A stretch of 64,000 nucleotides of DNA from Guillardia theta CCMP2712. Taxonomy: Eukaryota > Protista > Cryptophyta. Below, piece by piece: positions 39,200 to 50,139 of the stretch. Position 1 is the first letter of the stretch, and each line of letters starts with the position of its first letter. The stretch is taken from positions 15,635 to 79,634 of the forward strand of contig NW_005434478.1 in NCBI RefSeq assembly GCF_000315625.1. Direction: 5' to 3'. The notes beneath the pieces were generated by a model that did no database searches, was not told where the DNA came from, and saw nothing but the letters and a program-made list of their open reading frames with translations. The translations under genes and the position numbers were made by a program.

Positions 39200-40592
39200 G
39201 TCGGCAACAGGTCTCAGTGAGATACGTAACAGATGCAAGAATCACTATGTCGAATACCTCTGAGCTGTCCATGAGCAGCTTCTGTCCTAACTCTTTGTTT
39301 TGCATGCGCCAATCTGATCACAGAGCATCACAGACCTCCTGCATTGAACTTCCCGACCATATTTCAAGCTCAACCTACCGTCAGAGTATCGTCGTCTTCG
39401 GCTGTTTCCGAGTTCAGAATGAGCTATCCCATGAATCGAGTCAGTACAAGCACATAAGGTGATAATTGCATCTCCATTTGATGGTAAAACACGTCCCATA
39501 AGAACTGGACGAACCTGTGGCCTGCTTCTTCTTTTGCTCGTTTCGGACTTGCATGTTCTTGAGTTCATCGTTCAGAAGACCTTTCTTGGCTTCTTCACTC
39601 AGCTCTGTTCCAAGAAATCGTTATTGAAACTTGATGAGGCATTGAGTATCACCTAATGGGGCGACTTCTGTCTCAGGCGGTGCCTGTTTCTCTTGCCATT
39701 GCTGAATTTTATCCAACCTTTTCTGGACGGTTTCTCTTTCAAACTTGAGCTCCACCATCTGCCGTCATGCATTTGTCATTCGATAGAACTGATGAAGATC
39801 ATATATTGCCTGGGAAAGAAATGCTTTCTTCTTCGCCTCCGTATCCGTCTTCTTGGATTTGCTTTCTGGGAGGCTGTGCATTTCGTTGTTGAGATCCTTA
39901 ATCCTCTTGTCATAATCTATCTTTTGCAAGATCAGTCTGCTCGAACATCAGTGAATATGAAAGTTCGAACAAGACTATGACCGGTCAATCTCCTTTCCAA
40001 CGTCACCATGGCAAACCGGTACTACTTCATCCTTCTTGAAAGTTAGCTCTATGGGGATACTCTCGTTCTTCTTGCTCCTTTGTTTCTTGTTTTTGCTTCT
40101 TGACTTTACACCCTTTTGCTTCATTTCACTCTCCGTGATGAAATCACGTGAATTTGCTGATATTGTAGTAGTCTTTGATATGTCTGAGTCAGATTTGATA
40201 CGTTCGTCCCCCTCGTGCGGCAAGTGAGGCCAAGTCGATGCTTGTTCGAATCCTGGTTGGAACATGTTTCCCAGCGGCTCTCCCTGCAATCTCCATCCCT
40301 CAGGTATTTGGGAGATAGAGACAATCTCCTTCCAAAGATCAGATAGGAACCAAGAGCTCTGACGTTCATTGCCAACGGATTCGTCGGAATCGATCCTACA
40401 TGCCGAGTGATTCTGCAGACGATCGGAATGTTGTGGGATCCAGGCATCTCTTCGATGAGCAAGGAGCGATGTGTCGTATGAGTACGCACCACTGCCCACG
40501 TGCTTGGCTACTCTTGTCCTATGTACTCCCGCCTCATCCTCTTCCTCTTCCTTCGCTTTCCTTTCGTCGCACCAACACGCGCCTCCCTGCAT
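39200..40592 (-). CDS. Hypothetical spliced protein
   Basis: Chain of coding-like ORF pieces (39975-40592, 40121-40492, 39287-39568) with Lys-rich stretches; no family recognised; ends approximate. Confidence 0.4.
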
Positions 40593-42040
40593 GGATTCGA
40601 GTCAACTACTGGAGGTTGTAAACCAGGATGACCCCTACCCGCAATCCTGGCATGCCGTTGACTACCCTACCCTGCTACATTCCAGCAACATGACCCCGGG
40701 GATCAGGGTTCAACGGTCCTCGTGAGCTTCTACTACCCCCCAGTAGGACTCCCAGGGGGTCAGTGCTGCTGGATCACTCAGATCACTTCAATCGGATAAC
40801 AGAGTGACGCTGTAACTTTGAATTCTTGTCTCAGTATTTCAAATTTAGCCAAGATCCAGGTATCACTAAATTGAAATGCTTGTTATAGGACTCTGGTCAG
40901 GGTGGTACAGAAACGGATTTTTTCAACTGGAGGGGTCACTGGCCCCTACGTAAATGGGGACCAGACTGGGTGGGGTGGACAAACGATTCAGTCATGTAGG
41001 GGGTCGCTTCCACTGATATGGGGTACTCAAAAAAAAACCTGGAACAAAAGTAAAAAAGCCCTAGAAGTTGACGAGCAAGGGGTCCTTCCTCCAATGGAAC
41101 GCTGGGGTTTGGAGGGGTACAGGTCGTGTTAAGGAGGGTTGCCGCGACTCTGGGGAACAGCAGCATTCTTGGCAAGTTGTACCCCCTTCAAACAGGTCGA
41201 AAGTACCGGTGTGTTTGCAAGACAAGCCCTTCGGTCCACAAAGAGCCAGAGAGCCGTTACGCAGTTCCACCCAGGACTAGGGTGGGGTACTTCATTCTAG
41301 AAGGAGGGGGTATAGGAGGAGGAGCTCTAGAGGGGGTGCTACCGGTCAAAATGGGGGTATTCGTTTACATAGGGGTACAGAAGGGAGACAAGAGGGGTAG
41401 TGGAGGAGTAAATCGGGGGTAGTACAAGAATGCAAAATGAGACTACTCGTATCCTGCGCTACATGGGAGGAGGGGCAGAAGGAGAGCAGAAAGAAATGCC
41501 GAAAGAGGGTGTACTAGAAGAGGAGAAATGCCTTGGAAAGCGACGGATGAAATGAGAGGAGAGCGAGAACAACAGTAGAAGGGCACTGAACCTGGAGGAA
41601 CCAGGTTCGACAGCAGTGGTCAAAGAGAGGTTAAAGGCGGAGAGGTCAAATGGAGCAAGATGAGAGATAGAGAGCTGGTAACGATTCAAGTAGATACGGG
41701 TCAAAGTGGGTGTGGAGGAAAGAGCCAAGACGGCAGTTGTAAAATTTACAATAAAGGAGCATCCAACAACGGGGGGAGGTCAGGGGAGGTCAAAGTGAAG
41801 TACCTGAGGTTATGGGCGATCCCTTAACAAGGATGACTAGAAAGGACAAAAAGACGCATTGCAGAAAATGCTCAGAGCCGGTCTCGCCTGCACAACAGTG
41901 AGCAGGCAAGAGAATAACAGGACAGAGGACAAGTGACATGAGAACAAGGTGTGTTGTTCACAAGACGACAACCAAGCCAGAGAAGTCAAGTGAAGATTGA
42001 AAAACTTGTCCTGTAATTCTTGAAGCTGCACAGAGAAATC

Positions 42041-42736
42041 ATGATGGGGTTCTGGTACTGGATCATTAGTATCATGCGGAATCTGGCAGTGAGGCTGGCG
42101 GCTGCTCTGTATGCACTCACATGGAAGCTTGATCATGATGTAAACGAAGTTTTCGAGGACACTGACACGGAGGACGAAAAGTCACCATTGAAGATCAAAG
42201 TATACATGTCTCCCAGAAGATCAAAAAGCACCATCACTGTCAAGGTGGAGCATAGCAATGTCTTGAGAAGAACTTCTCCTAAACCCGTATGTTCTGCACC
42301 TGCTGTGCCCAAAAGGTTTTCCGACCCTGAATTGATCAAATGCAGCCCCAAGAATTCGAGTGGGAGCAGGTTTTATGCGAGTGTTGTCAGGCAGGAACAG
42401 GAGCTGATGCTGTCTCGAACATCTTCTGTGAGTGAGTCTCCCAACGCGTCCATATGCTCTCGGTTGGACGAAAGTTTCTCCAGATGCACTTCAGTCGCTA
42501 CCTCGTTTCCTTCATCCGAGTCCTCTCCCTCCAGGGAAAGCACAGTCGAATCTCCCGTCCTATCTATTCGCAGTGCTGCGCATACTTCTATCGCTCGCAC
42601 ATCTTCTGCTCCTGACCTCACGGAAATGAAGTTTTTGAGCGCCTCTTCTCCTCCCAGGATTGGGTCAGCTAAGAACACCTACTCTACATCATGTGGCTCG
42701 AAGTTCTATGCCCATGTGCTCAGCACAAGAAGATGA
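42041..42736 (+). CDS. Ser-rich hypothetical protein
   Basis: 231-codon ORF; hydrophobic N-terminus; internal repeat SGSRFYASV / CGSKFYAHV. Confidence 0.6.
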   Translation: MMGFWYWIISIMRNLAVRLAAALYALTWKLDHDVNEVFEDTDTEDEKSPLKIKVYMSPRRSKSTITVKVEHSNVLRRTSPKPVCSAPAVPKRFSDPELIKCSPKNSSGSRFYASVVRQEQELMLSRTSSVSESPNASICSRLDESFSRCTSVATSFPSSESSPSRESTVESPVLSIRSAAHTSIARTSSAPDLTEMKFLSASSPPRIGSAKNTYSTSCGSKFYAHVLSTRR

Positions 42737-43285
42737 ATCCTCTCTGTGCTGTTTCTCCATTGAGAATGACAAAAAAAACTTGAACTGAAGGGTCTTAGTC
42801 AAACGTTTGCACGATAAGACCCTTGCAGACAAGATCTGCTGTGTTTGTGTAATGAAAGGTTTTGTTTCCCATGACTTGTCTGCATCTCTCCCCTTCCCTT
42901 TCCTTCCCTGTCTGAATCATTTTCTACTCAGTCCGGTGAGAGGTAGAGAGGCCCTGATGAGCGGTAACATGAATCGGCCGGATGTGCACAGCCAAAATCC
43001 TTCTTAGAAAAAAGTTCTCACCAAGATCTTAAGTGACAAACGATATTTGTTGATGCAAACGATGTTTCTCGATGTTCTCCCCGCTAATTTTCTTCCCCTC
43101 TGCTACTTCTCTTTCTTCTTTGGAGAGGTATTCGTTGCCACGTGCATTGAAAACGAAAAGAGGCATTGAGTGCACGAGCAAGCAATTGTTGTGTCTACAG
43201 CCCTAGCAGATGCAAGACTAGGGTTGGAGAAAGCTTCTGGTCGTACTGGCAGACGGGGAGTGAGCAGTTTATTACACGTCTCCTG

Positions 43286-44038
43286 TCAGTTCTGACCAGA
43301 GTCTTGCTGCATTCCACCAAGCTTTTGCTTCAGAGTTTGTTGAAACCAAGCTACAGGATCCGCGCTTGCCGGCATCGTAGAATTCCCCTCGTTAACAGCA
43401 TCCTCGGCTAGAGCTTGGATTGCTTTCCTCAGTTCAATGTTTCTTTTCTTCTCCTGTAGAAACCTCTCCAGCCGATCGTTTTCCGACTGCATTCGCTCAA
43501 GCTCTTCTTCTGACGGGACAGGATTCCTGAAATCGAAGACACTGGAGCTCGACACGACATTTTTCTGTTGTGTACTGGAAGACTTGGCTGGAGCTGTGTC
43601 CTTTGTAATCGACGCGTCATTGTCTGCCTTCACTGATTTGTCAAGTTTTTGTGTCTCTCCAACGTCAGGAGGGAGTTCCTTTCTCTTAATGCTGGTCAAG
43701 TCATCCACCAATTTTTCATCCCCTGTCATGATTTCTCCGCTTCGCTCCTCGTCCGTCTTGAGCCTCGGCAAAAATTCTTGAATGTTCCATCCCCCCCTCA
43801 TCCTGATCACAGGAAGCATCGATCCTGAACTGATCTGGTGCCTGTGCAGCCAACACGGGCAGCCATGAGATCGGGTGGAGCAAGAAGAGGAAAGGCTGGA
43901 AGAAGGGGACGAGACGAGGGATGGCGCAGGAAGAAGACATGATGATGATGACGAACATGATGATGACATTGTGTTGATGACCAGCAGCGCAACCACCATG
44001 CTCGCCATCATCCCTCCTTTCGACCTCTGAGCCGCCAT
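43286..44038 (-). CDS. Signal-peptide protein with RMRGG motif and C-terminal coiled coil
   Basis: MMASMVVALLVINT leader, Ser-rich linker, IRMRGG, EEELERMQSENDRLERFLQEKK. Confidence 0.7.
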   Translation of the reverse strand: MAAQRSKGGMMASMVVALLVINTMSSSCSSSSSCLLPAPSLVSSPSSSLSSSCSTRSHGCPCWLHRHQISSGSMLPVIRMRGGWNIQEFLPRLKTDEERSGEIMTGDEKLVDDLTSIKRKELPPDVGETQKLDKSVKADNDASITKDTAPAKSSSTQQKNVVSSSSVFDFRNPVPSEEELERMQSENDRLERFLQEKKRNIELRKAIQALAEDAVNEGNSTMPASADPVAWFQQTLKQKLGGMQQDSGQN

Positions 44039-44649
44039 TGTAAGCAAGGTTCGTCGTACAAGAATCCTACAACAAAGTTTAGTTAAGACAAAGTAACTAA
44101 ACCCATGGAGGTGGATCGGATCCGATGATCCGAACGGTCGGACTCCGGCGGCGCGAGCCGCCTCCGAGTGGCGCGGCGCCCGCGCGGCGGCCCGGACTCC
44201 CCGAGCCCGGGCCCGGAGCGGGCCCAGTCAGGCCGCCGCTGCAAGGCCGGGCAGCCGGGCGGTCATACGGACGGTCGGGCGGCCGCCGGGCCCTGCCGCG
44301 CGGCGGGGCGCGCCGGGCCGCTCAGTAGACGGACACTGACAGGTCACCGGGTTCCATGCCGCTACCACACTGAGGCTGAATTGTCGGAAACGACGTCGGT
44401 GAAGGTTCGGTGGACCCGTTGGCTGTTCAACGGTTCAACGGTTCCTCACTAAGCACATTCAGAGCACATTCCGACAGTACTGATGTGAATACGTTTATTT
44501 CATACGAAAAGGAGACAGTCGGCAAAACTTGAAAGAACAGAAAATTGATTTTGCAAAGAAAGCTAGACAGAAGAAAACAAGTATACACTGGCAGTCAAGT
44601 CGCGGGAAGAGATTTAGAAGCACATGTGAACAAAACATCCTCAGTCGGA

Positions 44650-45928
44650 TCAATGCATGCTGTTAGGGTTCATCATCTGCGCTTGCATGAAGCCATTCCG
44701 AACTTGCTGCTCCATGTCCCCAACAGCGGAAGGCCCGTGAGGAACGACCATCGTTGCCCGCCCTTCATGAAGATGTCAGTTTACATGCATGATACACTAT
44801 CCATATCCCTTCCCCCTTTTCTTCCTCTAACGCGAACAAGGATATCATACAAATGCCAATACAGTAAATAACATGTCATCGAATAACAAGCATTGCGATT
44901 CGACAATGACTACCTGAATGTGCGAACTCCTTCAACACATCCAAGTACTGCGTCACAAGCATCATGTGCACCACCTCTCGTGGCTCAAGCCCGCACCTGC
45001 CACGCTCCTCAGCTCCTGTGTCACACACCCCGCCCCCTGCCCCATGCCCTCTCGCCCTTCCTCTTCCCCTTGGCTTTCTCTCTCACTTGCCAGCTCCCCC
45101 CCCCCCCCTCCCCCCTTCATCTCGACCCGCTCTCCTCTCGTCTACTCACGATTCCTGCATCGACTCGATGCTGTTCTTGAAGCCATCCGTGATCGCCTGC
45201 CTCATCATCGCAGTACCCTTGCCTGACAGATGCTTCGCCTCCGCGTCCGCCTCTGCTGCTCGCACTTGCAGGATCTTCTCTGCCTCTGCCTTCTCGATCG
45301 CAGCCTCTCGGTTCCTCCTAGCCGCGTTGATCTGGTTCATGGCCTTCATCACCGTGGAGTCTGGCTGCATGTTGGTGATGAGCGCTTGGTGCACTTCGAT
45401 GCCATACGGCTTCATGGAAGACGCGACTTGCGCCTTCACCGCGTTCGCCATCGACTCCTTGGCCTCGAAAGACTCGTCTAGCGTCATCGTCGGGATCTGA
45501 GAGCGGATGCAGTCATCGACGTAGGCTGTGATCTGCATGTGCGGGTTGTGGAGCTTGAAGTAGTACTGGTCGCACTCCAACGGGTTCACCGAGTACTGGA
45601 TCGCGCACGTCACAGTCACCGTCACGTTGTCCTTGGTCTTGGTGTTGGTGTTGACGTCGATCTGCGTCACCTGGCACAGACCACGCCCGTCACTTCCCCG
45701 CCCTCCATCGCCAGAGCACACACAAAGTGCTCTACCCTCGACCAGCAAGCATGCACGCACGCAGCACAAGTTGCAGCAAGGACGTACCTTGATGCTGACT
45801 CCGTCGACAGTCTGGATGGGCCACAGGATGATGCTACATCCCGGGTCGAGGATGTGAGAGAACTTGCCGCAGGACTGGACGATACCTCTCTGACTTTGAT
45901 CTATGCAGGCACAGCACAGGAACGACAT
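44650..45928 (-). CDS. Band 7/SPFH protein, hypersensitive-induced response (HIR)-like, copy 1
   Basis: MSFLCCACIDQS..GKFSHILDPG..TKTKDNVTV..QITAYVDDCIRSQIP..LDESFEAK..AMNQINAARR..EKAEAEKILQVRAAEADAEAKHLSGKG..VVPHGPSAV; 3 introns. Confidence 0.92.
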
Positions 45929-47160
45929 TGATCTGCAAAATCTCCAATGAGCGCACAACCAATTTTTCGAACAGTTTGCGAACGGAAAACAAAAAAAGAG
46001 ATATCTTACGATACTTCTTCTGGGTTTCTTGCTGATTCCTATTGAGTACAGTCATCTACCGTCATCACACATATTATCTCGCTTCCTGCCTCCCTCATTA
46101 TCCTATCTGATGCCCAGTCAACACCAAAATGTTCTATCCATGGTCGCAACCTTTGATCACTTCCCATTTTGAAGGTACCAAGAATTCTGTTCCGCCTAAA
46201 TTACCATAGGGTGCTTCGATCCTTAGTGTGGCCTTAGGGAGGTCCTAGTCTCGGTCCCAGTCATACCCCGGCAACAGATGGATGAGGGCCTAAAGCCTCA
46301 GTAAAACGGAGATTCCGAGGGGGGTAGGGTTGTAGGATTTCAGTGGGTAGGGTTATGATACTTGGGGGTAGTGGGAGAGACATCGGAGGGGGTACTTGGC
46401 AAGGCTGTGTGTCCATTTTCTAGTTTTGGAAGGAGGCTCACAAAAGATTTAAAAGGTGGGCAATGGAGGGGTGGGGTAGAGAAAGAGGAAGCGATAGAAC
46501 CGGGTCTATTATCGGTCAGATAAAGGGGTCCAATTTCAACTTCTGTACGGGGTCGCAATCTGCGACAGGGTGGGTCTTGTTTTGAAATTTCTTCTATTGA
46601 ATGGGGTGGGTCCATTTGCGATGGGGCGTAAGGGGTAGTCAGGCGCTAAAGTATGAGGTGGGTTGAAATAAGGGAAGGTTTCGGAGTGAGGCCTATTCGG
46701 ATAGGGTATACAATGCTGAAATCGGAGGTGGGGTATTGGAATGAGGGGTGGGTTGTGCTCAAATTTATGGACTTTTTCCGAGCGGGTAGGGTGGTGGTTA
46801 CAATTTCAGATACGAGGGGTGGTTCTGGAGGGGGTAGTGAGGAAATTTTTGAGGGATGTAGAAAAATGCTCAAGGAGAGGGAGAGGAATGCGTTTGATAG
46901 AGGCGAGATGAGTGTTTGATGTTGATGGAACAGAGTACGCTCCAACACTGAATGATTGATAGAACGAAAAAGCGAAAATTGGCCCGAAAAAACCTAGGAA
47001 CTTCTGTGAACTGTCGATCCCTACTATGCTTAATAATTGCGCTTGGACCTGCCTCATTAATGAAATGTCAATTGAGCAATGGAAGCTTCTTTCAAAGCAT
47101 GATGATAAAAAAACAGCTTGATATTTGATATAGAAAACTCACACGAGATTTTGCAGATCA

Positions 47161-48457
47161 ATGTCGTTCCTGTGCTGTGCCTGCATAGATCAAAGTGAGA
47201 GAGGTATCGTCCAGTCCTGCGGCAAGTTCTCTCACATCCTCGACCCGGGATGTAGCATCATCCTGTGGCCCATCCAGACTGTCGACGGAGTCAGCATCAA
47301 GGTATGTCCTTGCTGCAACTTGTGCTGCGTGCGTGCATGCTTGCTGGTCGAGGGTAGAGCACTTTGTGCTCTGGCGATGGAGGGCGGGGAAGTGACGGGC
47401 GTGGTCCGTGCCAGGTGACGCAGATCGACGTCAACACCAACACCAAGACCAAGGACAACGTGACGGTGACTGTGACGTGCGCGATCCAGTACTCGGTGAA
47501 CCCGTTGGAGTGCGACCAGTACTACTTCAAGCTCCACAACCCGCACATGCAGATCACAGCCTACGTTGATGACTGCATCCGCTCTCAGATCCCGACGATG
47601 ACGCTAGACGAGTCTTTCGAGGCCAAGGAGTCGATGGCGAACGCGGTGAAGGCGCAAGTCGCGTCTTCCATGAAGCCGTATGGCATCGAAGTGCACCAAG
47701 CGCTCATCACCAACATGCAGCCAGACTCCACGGTGATGCAAGCCATGAATCAGATCAACGCGGCTAGGAGGAACCGAGAGGCTGCGATCGAGAAGGCAGA
47801 GGCAGAGAAGATCCTGCAAGTGCGAGCAGCAGAGGCGGACGCGGAGGCGAAGCATCTGTCAGGCAAGGGTACTGCGATGATGAGGCAGGCGATCACGGAT
47901 GGCTTCAAGAACAGCATCGAGTCGATGAAGGAATCGTGAGTAGACGAGAGGAGAGCGGGTCGAGATGAAGGGGGAGGGGCGGGGGATGTGACACAGGAGC
48001 TGAGGAGCGTGGCAGGTGCGGGCTTGAGCCACGAGAGGTGGTGCACATGATGCTTGTGACGCAGTACTTGGATGTGTTGAAGGAGTTCGCACAGTCTGGT
48101 ATGTATATGATCAAAGCATGCTGTGTGTTATTTTGTTTGAATATTGTTGTATGCTCCATTCCCTTTAGATTGGTTTTTTCTGTTGGATTTAGTGTTAGTT
48201 GCCGTGAGTGGAAGCAGGTTCCGAGGTACAGTGATGATAGAAAAAGAATGGTGTCATGTGCTAACCTATTTAGATTTTTGTCTTACTCCGACCTGCATGT
48301 TTCTGTTGCGAAAGGTTATGAAGTCTTGACGTGCTGTGTTTCAGGGCGGGCTACGATGGTCGTTCCCCATGGACCTTCGGCTGTTGGCGACATCGAGCAG
48401 CAAGTTCGGAATGGCTTCATGCAAGCACAGATGATGAACCCTAACAGCATGCATTAA
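47161..48457 (+). CDS. Band 7/SPFH protein, HIR-like, copy 2 (inverted duplicate)
   Basis: Near-identical to copy 1; introns ~47302-47415, 47936-48015, 48099-48344. Confidence 0.92.
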
Positions 48458-48734
48458 GCACAAAAATGTCACCGATCGAGTAGAAGCTCATCGATGTCTT
48501 GTATGCTCAGCAGTGTGGATTTAAGTTTGCGTTCGGAAATCATGTCGGTTCCGGATACCTATTTTCTGTGAATGATTTGATGAGATTGTAGTCCTTGAAA
48601 CTTGCTTGTACAGACAGCAAGAAAGTTGTTGTGTTATCCTGATGGTTGTTTCACGATTATTGTAGGCCTCTTAATTTATGACACAGCTCTTAAATATTAT
48701 CGTAACTTGCACATCTCATTCATACTTCTGACCC

Positions 48735-48855
48735 GTCTTACATGTTGTCACAACAATGTCTTACATGTTGTCACAACAATGTCTTACATGTTGTCACAAC
48801 AATGTCTTACATGTTGTCACAACAATGTCTTGTATGTTGTCTCAACAATGTCTTG
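48735..48855. repeat. 23-bp minisatellite with internal palindrome
   Basis: GTCTTACATGTTGTCACAACAAT x4 perfect + 1 degenerate copy; no spacers. Confidence 0.95.
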
Positions 48856-50139
48856 CATCTACAGTTCTTCAATCATAATTATTTCACTCTTCACACAAGG
48901 TTGGTCATTCCACGGGCCTTTTGCACCAGATGCAACGTTTGGTCAGCCGTCAGCACCCTCTTTCCTCTATCGTGTACCTACCCCTCATATTAGAGGTATC
49001 TTGACCGGTTCTCGGGTCCCGGCCTCTGATTCAAACACGAAAACCTCTACTTTGGCACTGCAAAAGAGATGTATTTATAGAATAATTTATAATAGGCACA
49101 ACCTGACTCTTCCCCCAGTATCTGGTACAAATATAAATGGGAAAAGATACATTTTCACTCTCTAACAAGTACTTCTAATCTACAACCGTCCTCCACTCCT
49201 CCCCCACTTCCTCCCCGACTCCTCAAAATGGACTCATCAGTCTCCTGCACTCCTGCCCTGCCCACGCGCGAGACCATTTCCCCTCCTCCTCTCCCCCATC
49301 ATCCTCATCGTCGTACTGTTTTGTCGTGATCTTATGTTCGAAACATTGTTTTCCTGCAATGTCTTTCTTTGTGCTTGCTGTCCTTGCAACTTTTTCGAAG
49401 CAGATTTCACTGGTTTTGAGCAAGAGCAAATTTTCTGTATCGAAAGTTGATCTGCATCTTAGTGATTCATGTTGTTTCTAACGTGATACAATCAGTTGAG
49501 AACTCCTCTGAAAAATTATGTCACCTTGCATTTCTGGATGTGATCACTAACCGTTTCTTGTCAACAGATCGTAACAACGGACAATCGTCAGCTTTGATAT
49601 TTCAATCGATTCTCGAACACCTTTCACCTTCATCGATCATCATGAAGCTCGCAAACAGCTCTACTTGTGGTGTCATCTCAACCATTGGATCAGTGGCCAT
49701 ATCTGCTGCTGCAGTGGCAATTGGCGTCCGCGCTTCGCAACGAAGTAGGTGGATTGGAAAACATTTTCATTTCTGACCCTACTTCTTGGTTTGCAGTCAG
49801 AGCGAAGGAGATTAAGACAGGATCCTCTAGACCAAAGTCTGGGAAGACTGTTGGACAGTACTACGTGTATTGAGAAGCTGCCATCAATGTCTGCAAGCTA
49901 CAGACGAGAGAGTTGCTGCTTTGTGTCTATATGTGTACATTTGTTGCGTGTGAGGTCTGAGTACCTGAAGTTTGACTGCATGTCAAGATAAAAGAAAACT
50001 CCTACGTGTCATGACATATCATGAAAAAAGAGGAGAACCCCACTGTAATATTCCTGAACGACTTGTTCTTTAATACATGGAAGATGAATCTTTCAAGTGT
50101 AGCGATCGGTTCAGTGTATGTGGACGACTTCCTTGGAGG

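Noticed and set aside
48735-48855. CRISPR array
   Set aside because: Repeats are contiguous with no unique spacers; eukaryotic context; no cas genes.
49641-49873. Small + strand gene
   Set aside because: Two coding-like frames could not be joined with a credible GT-AG intron.
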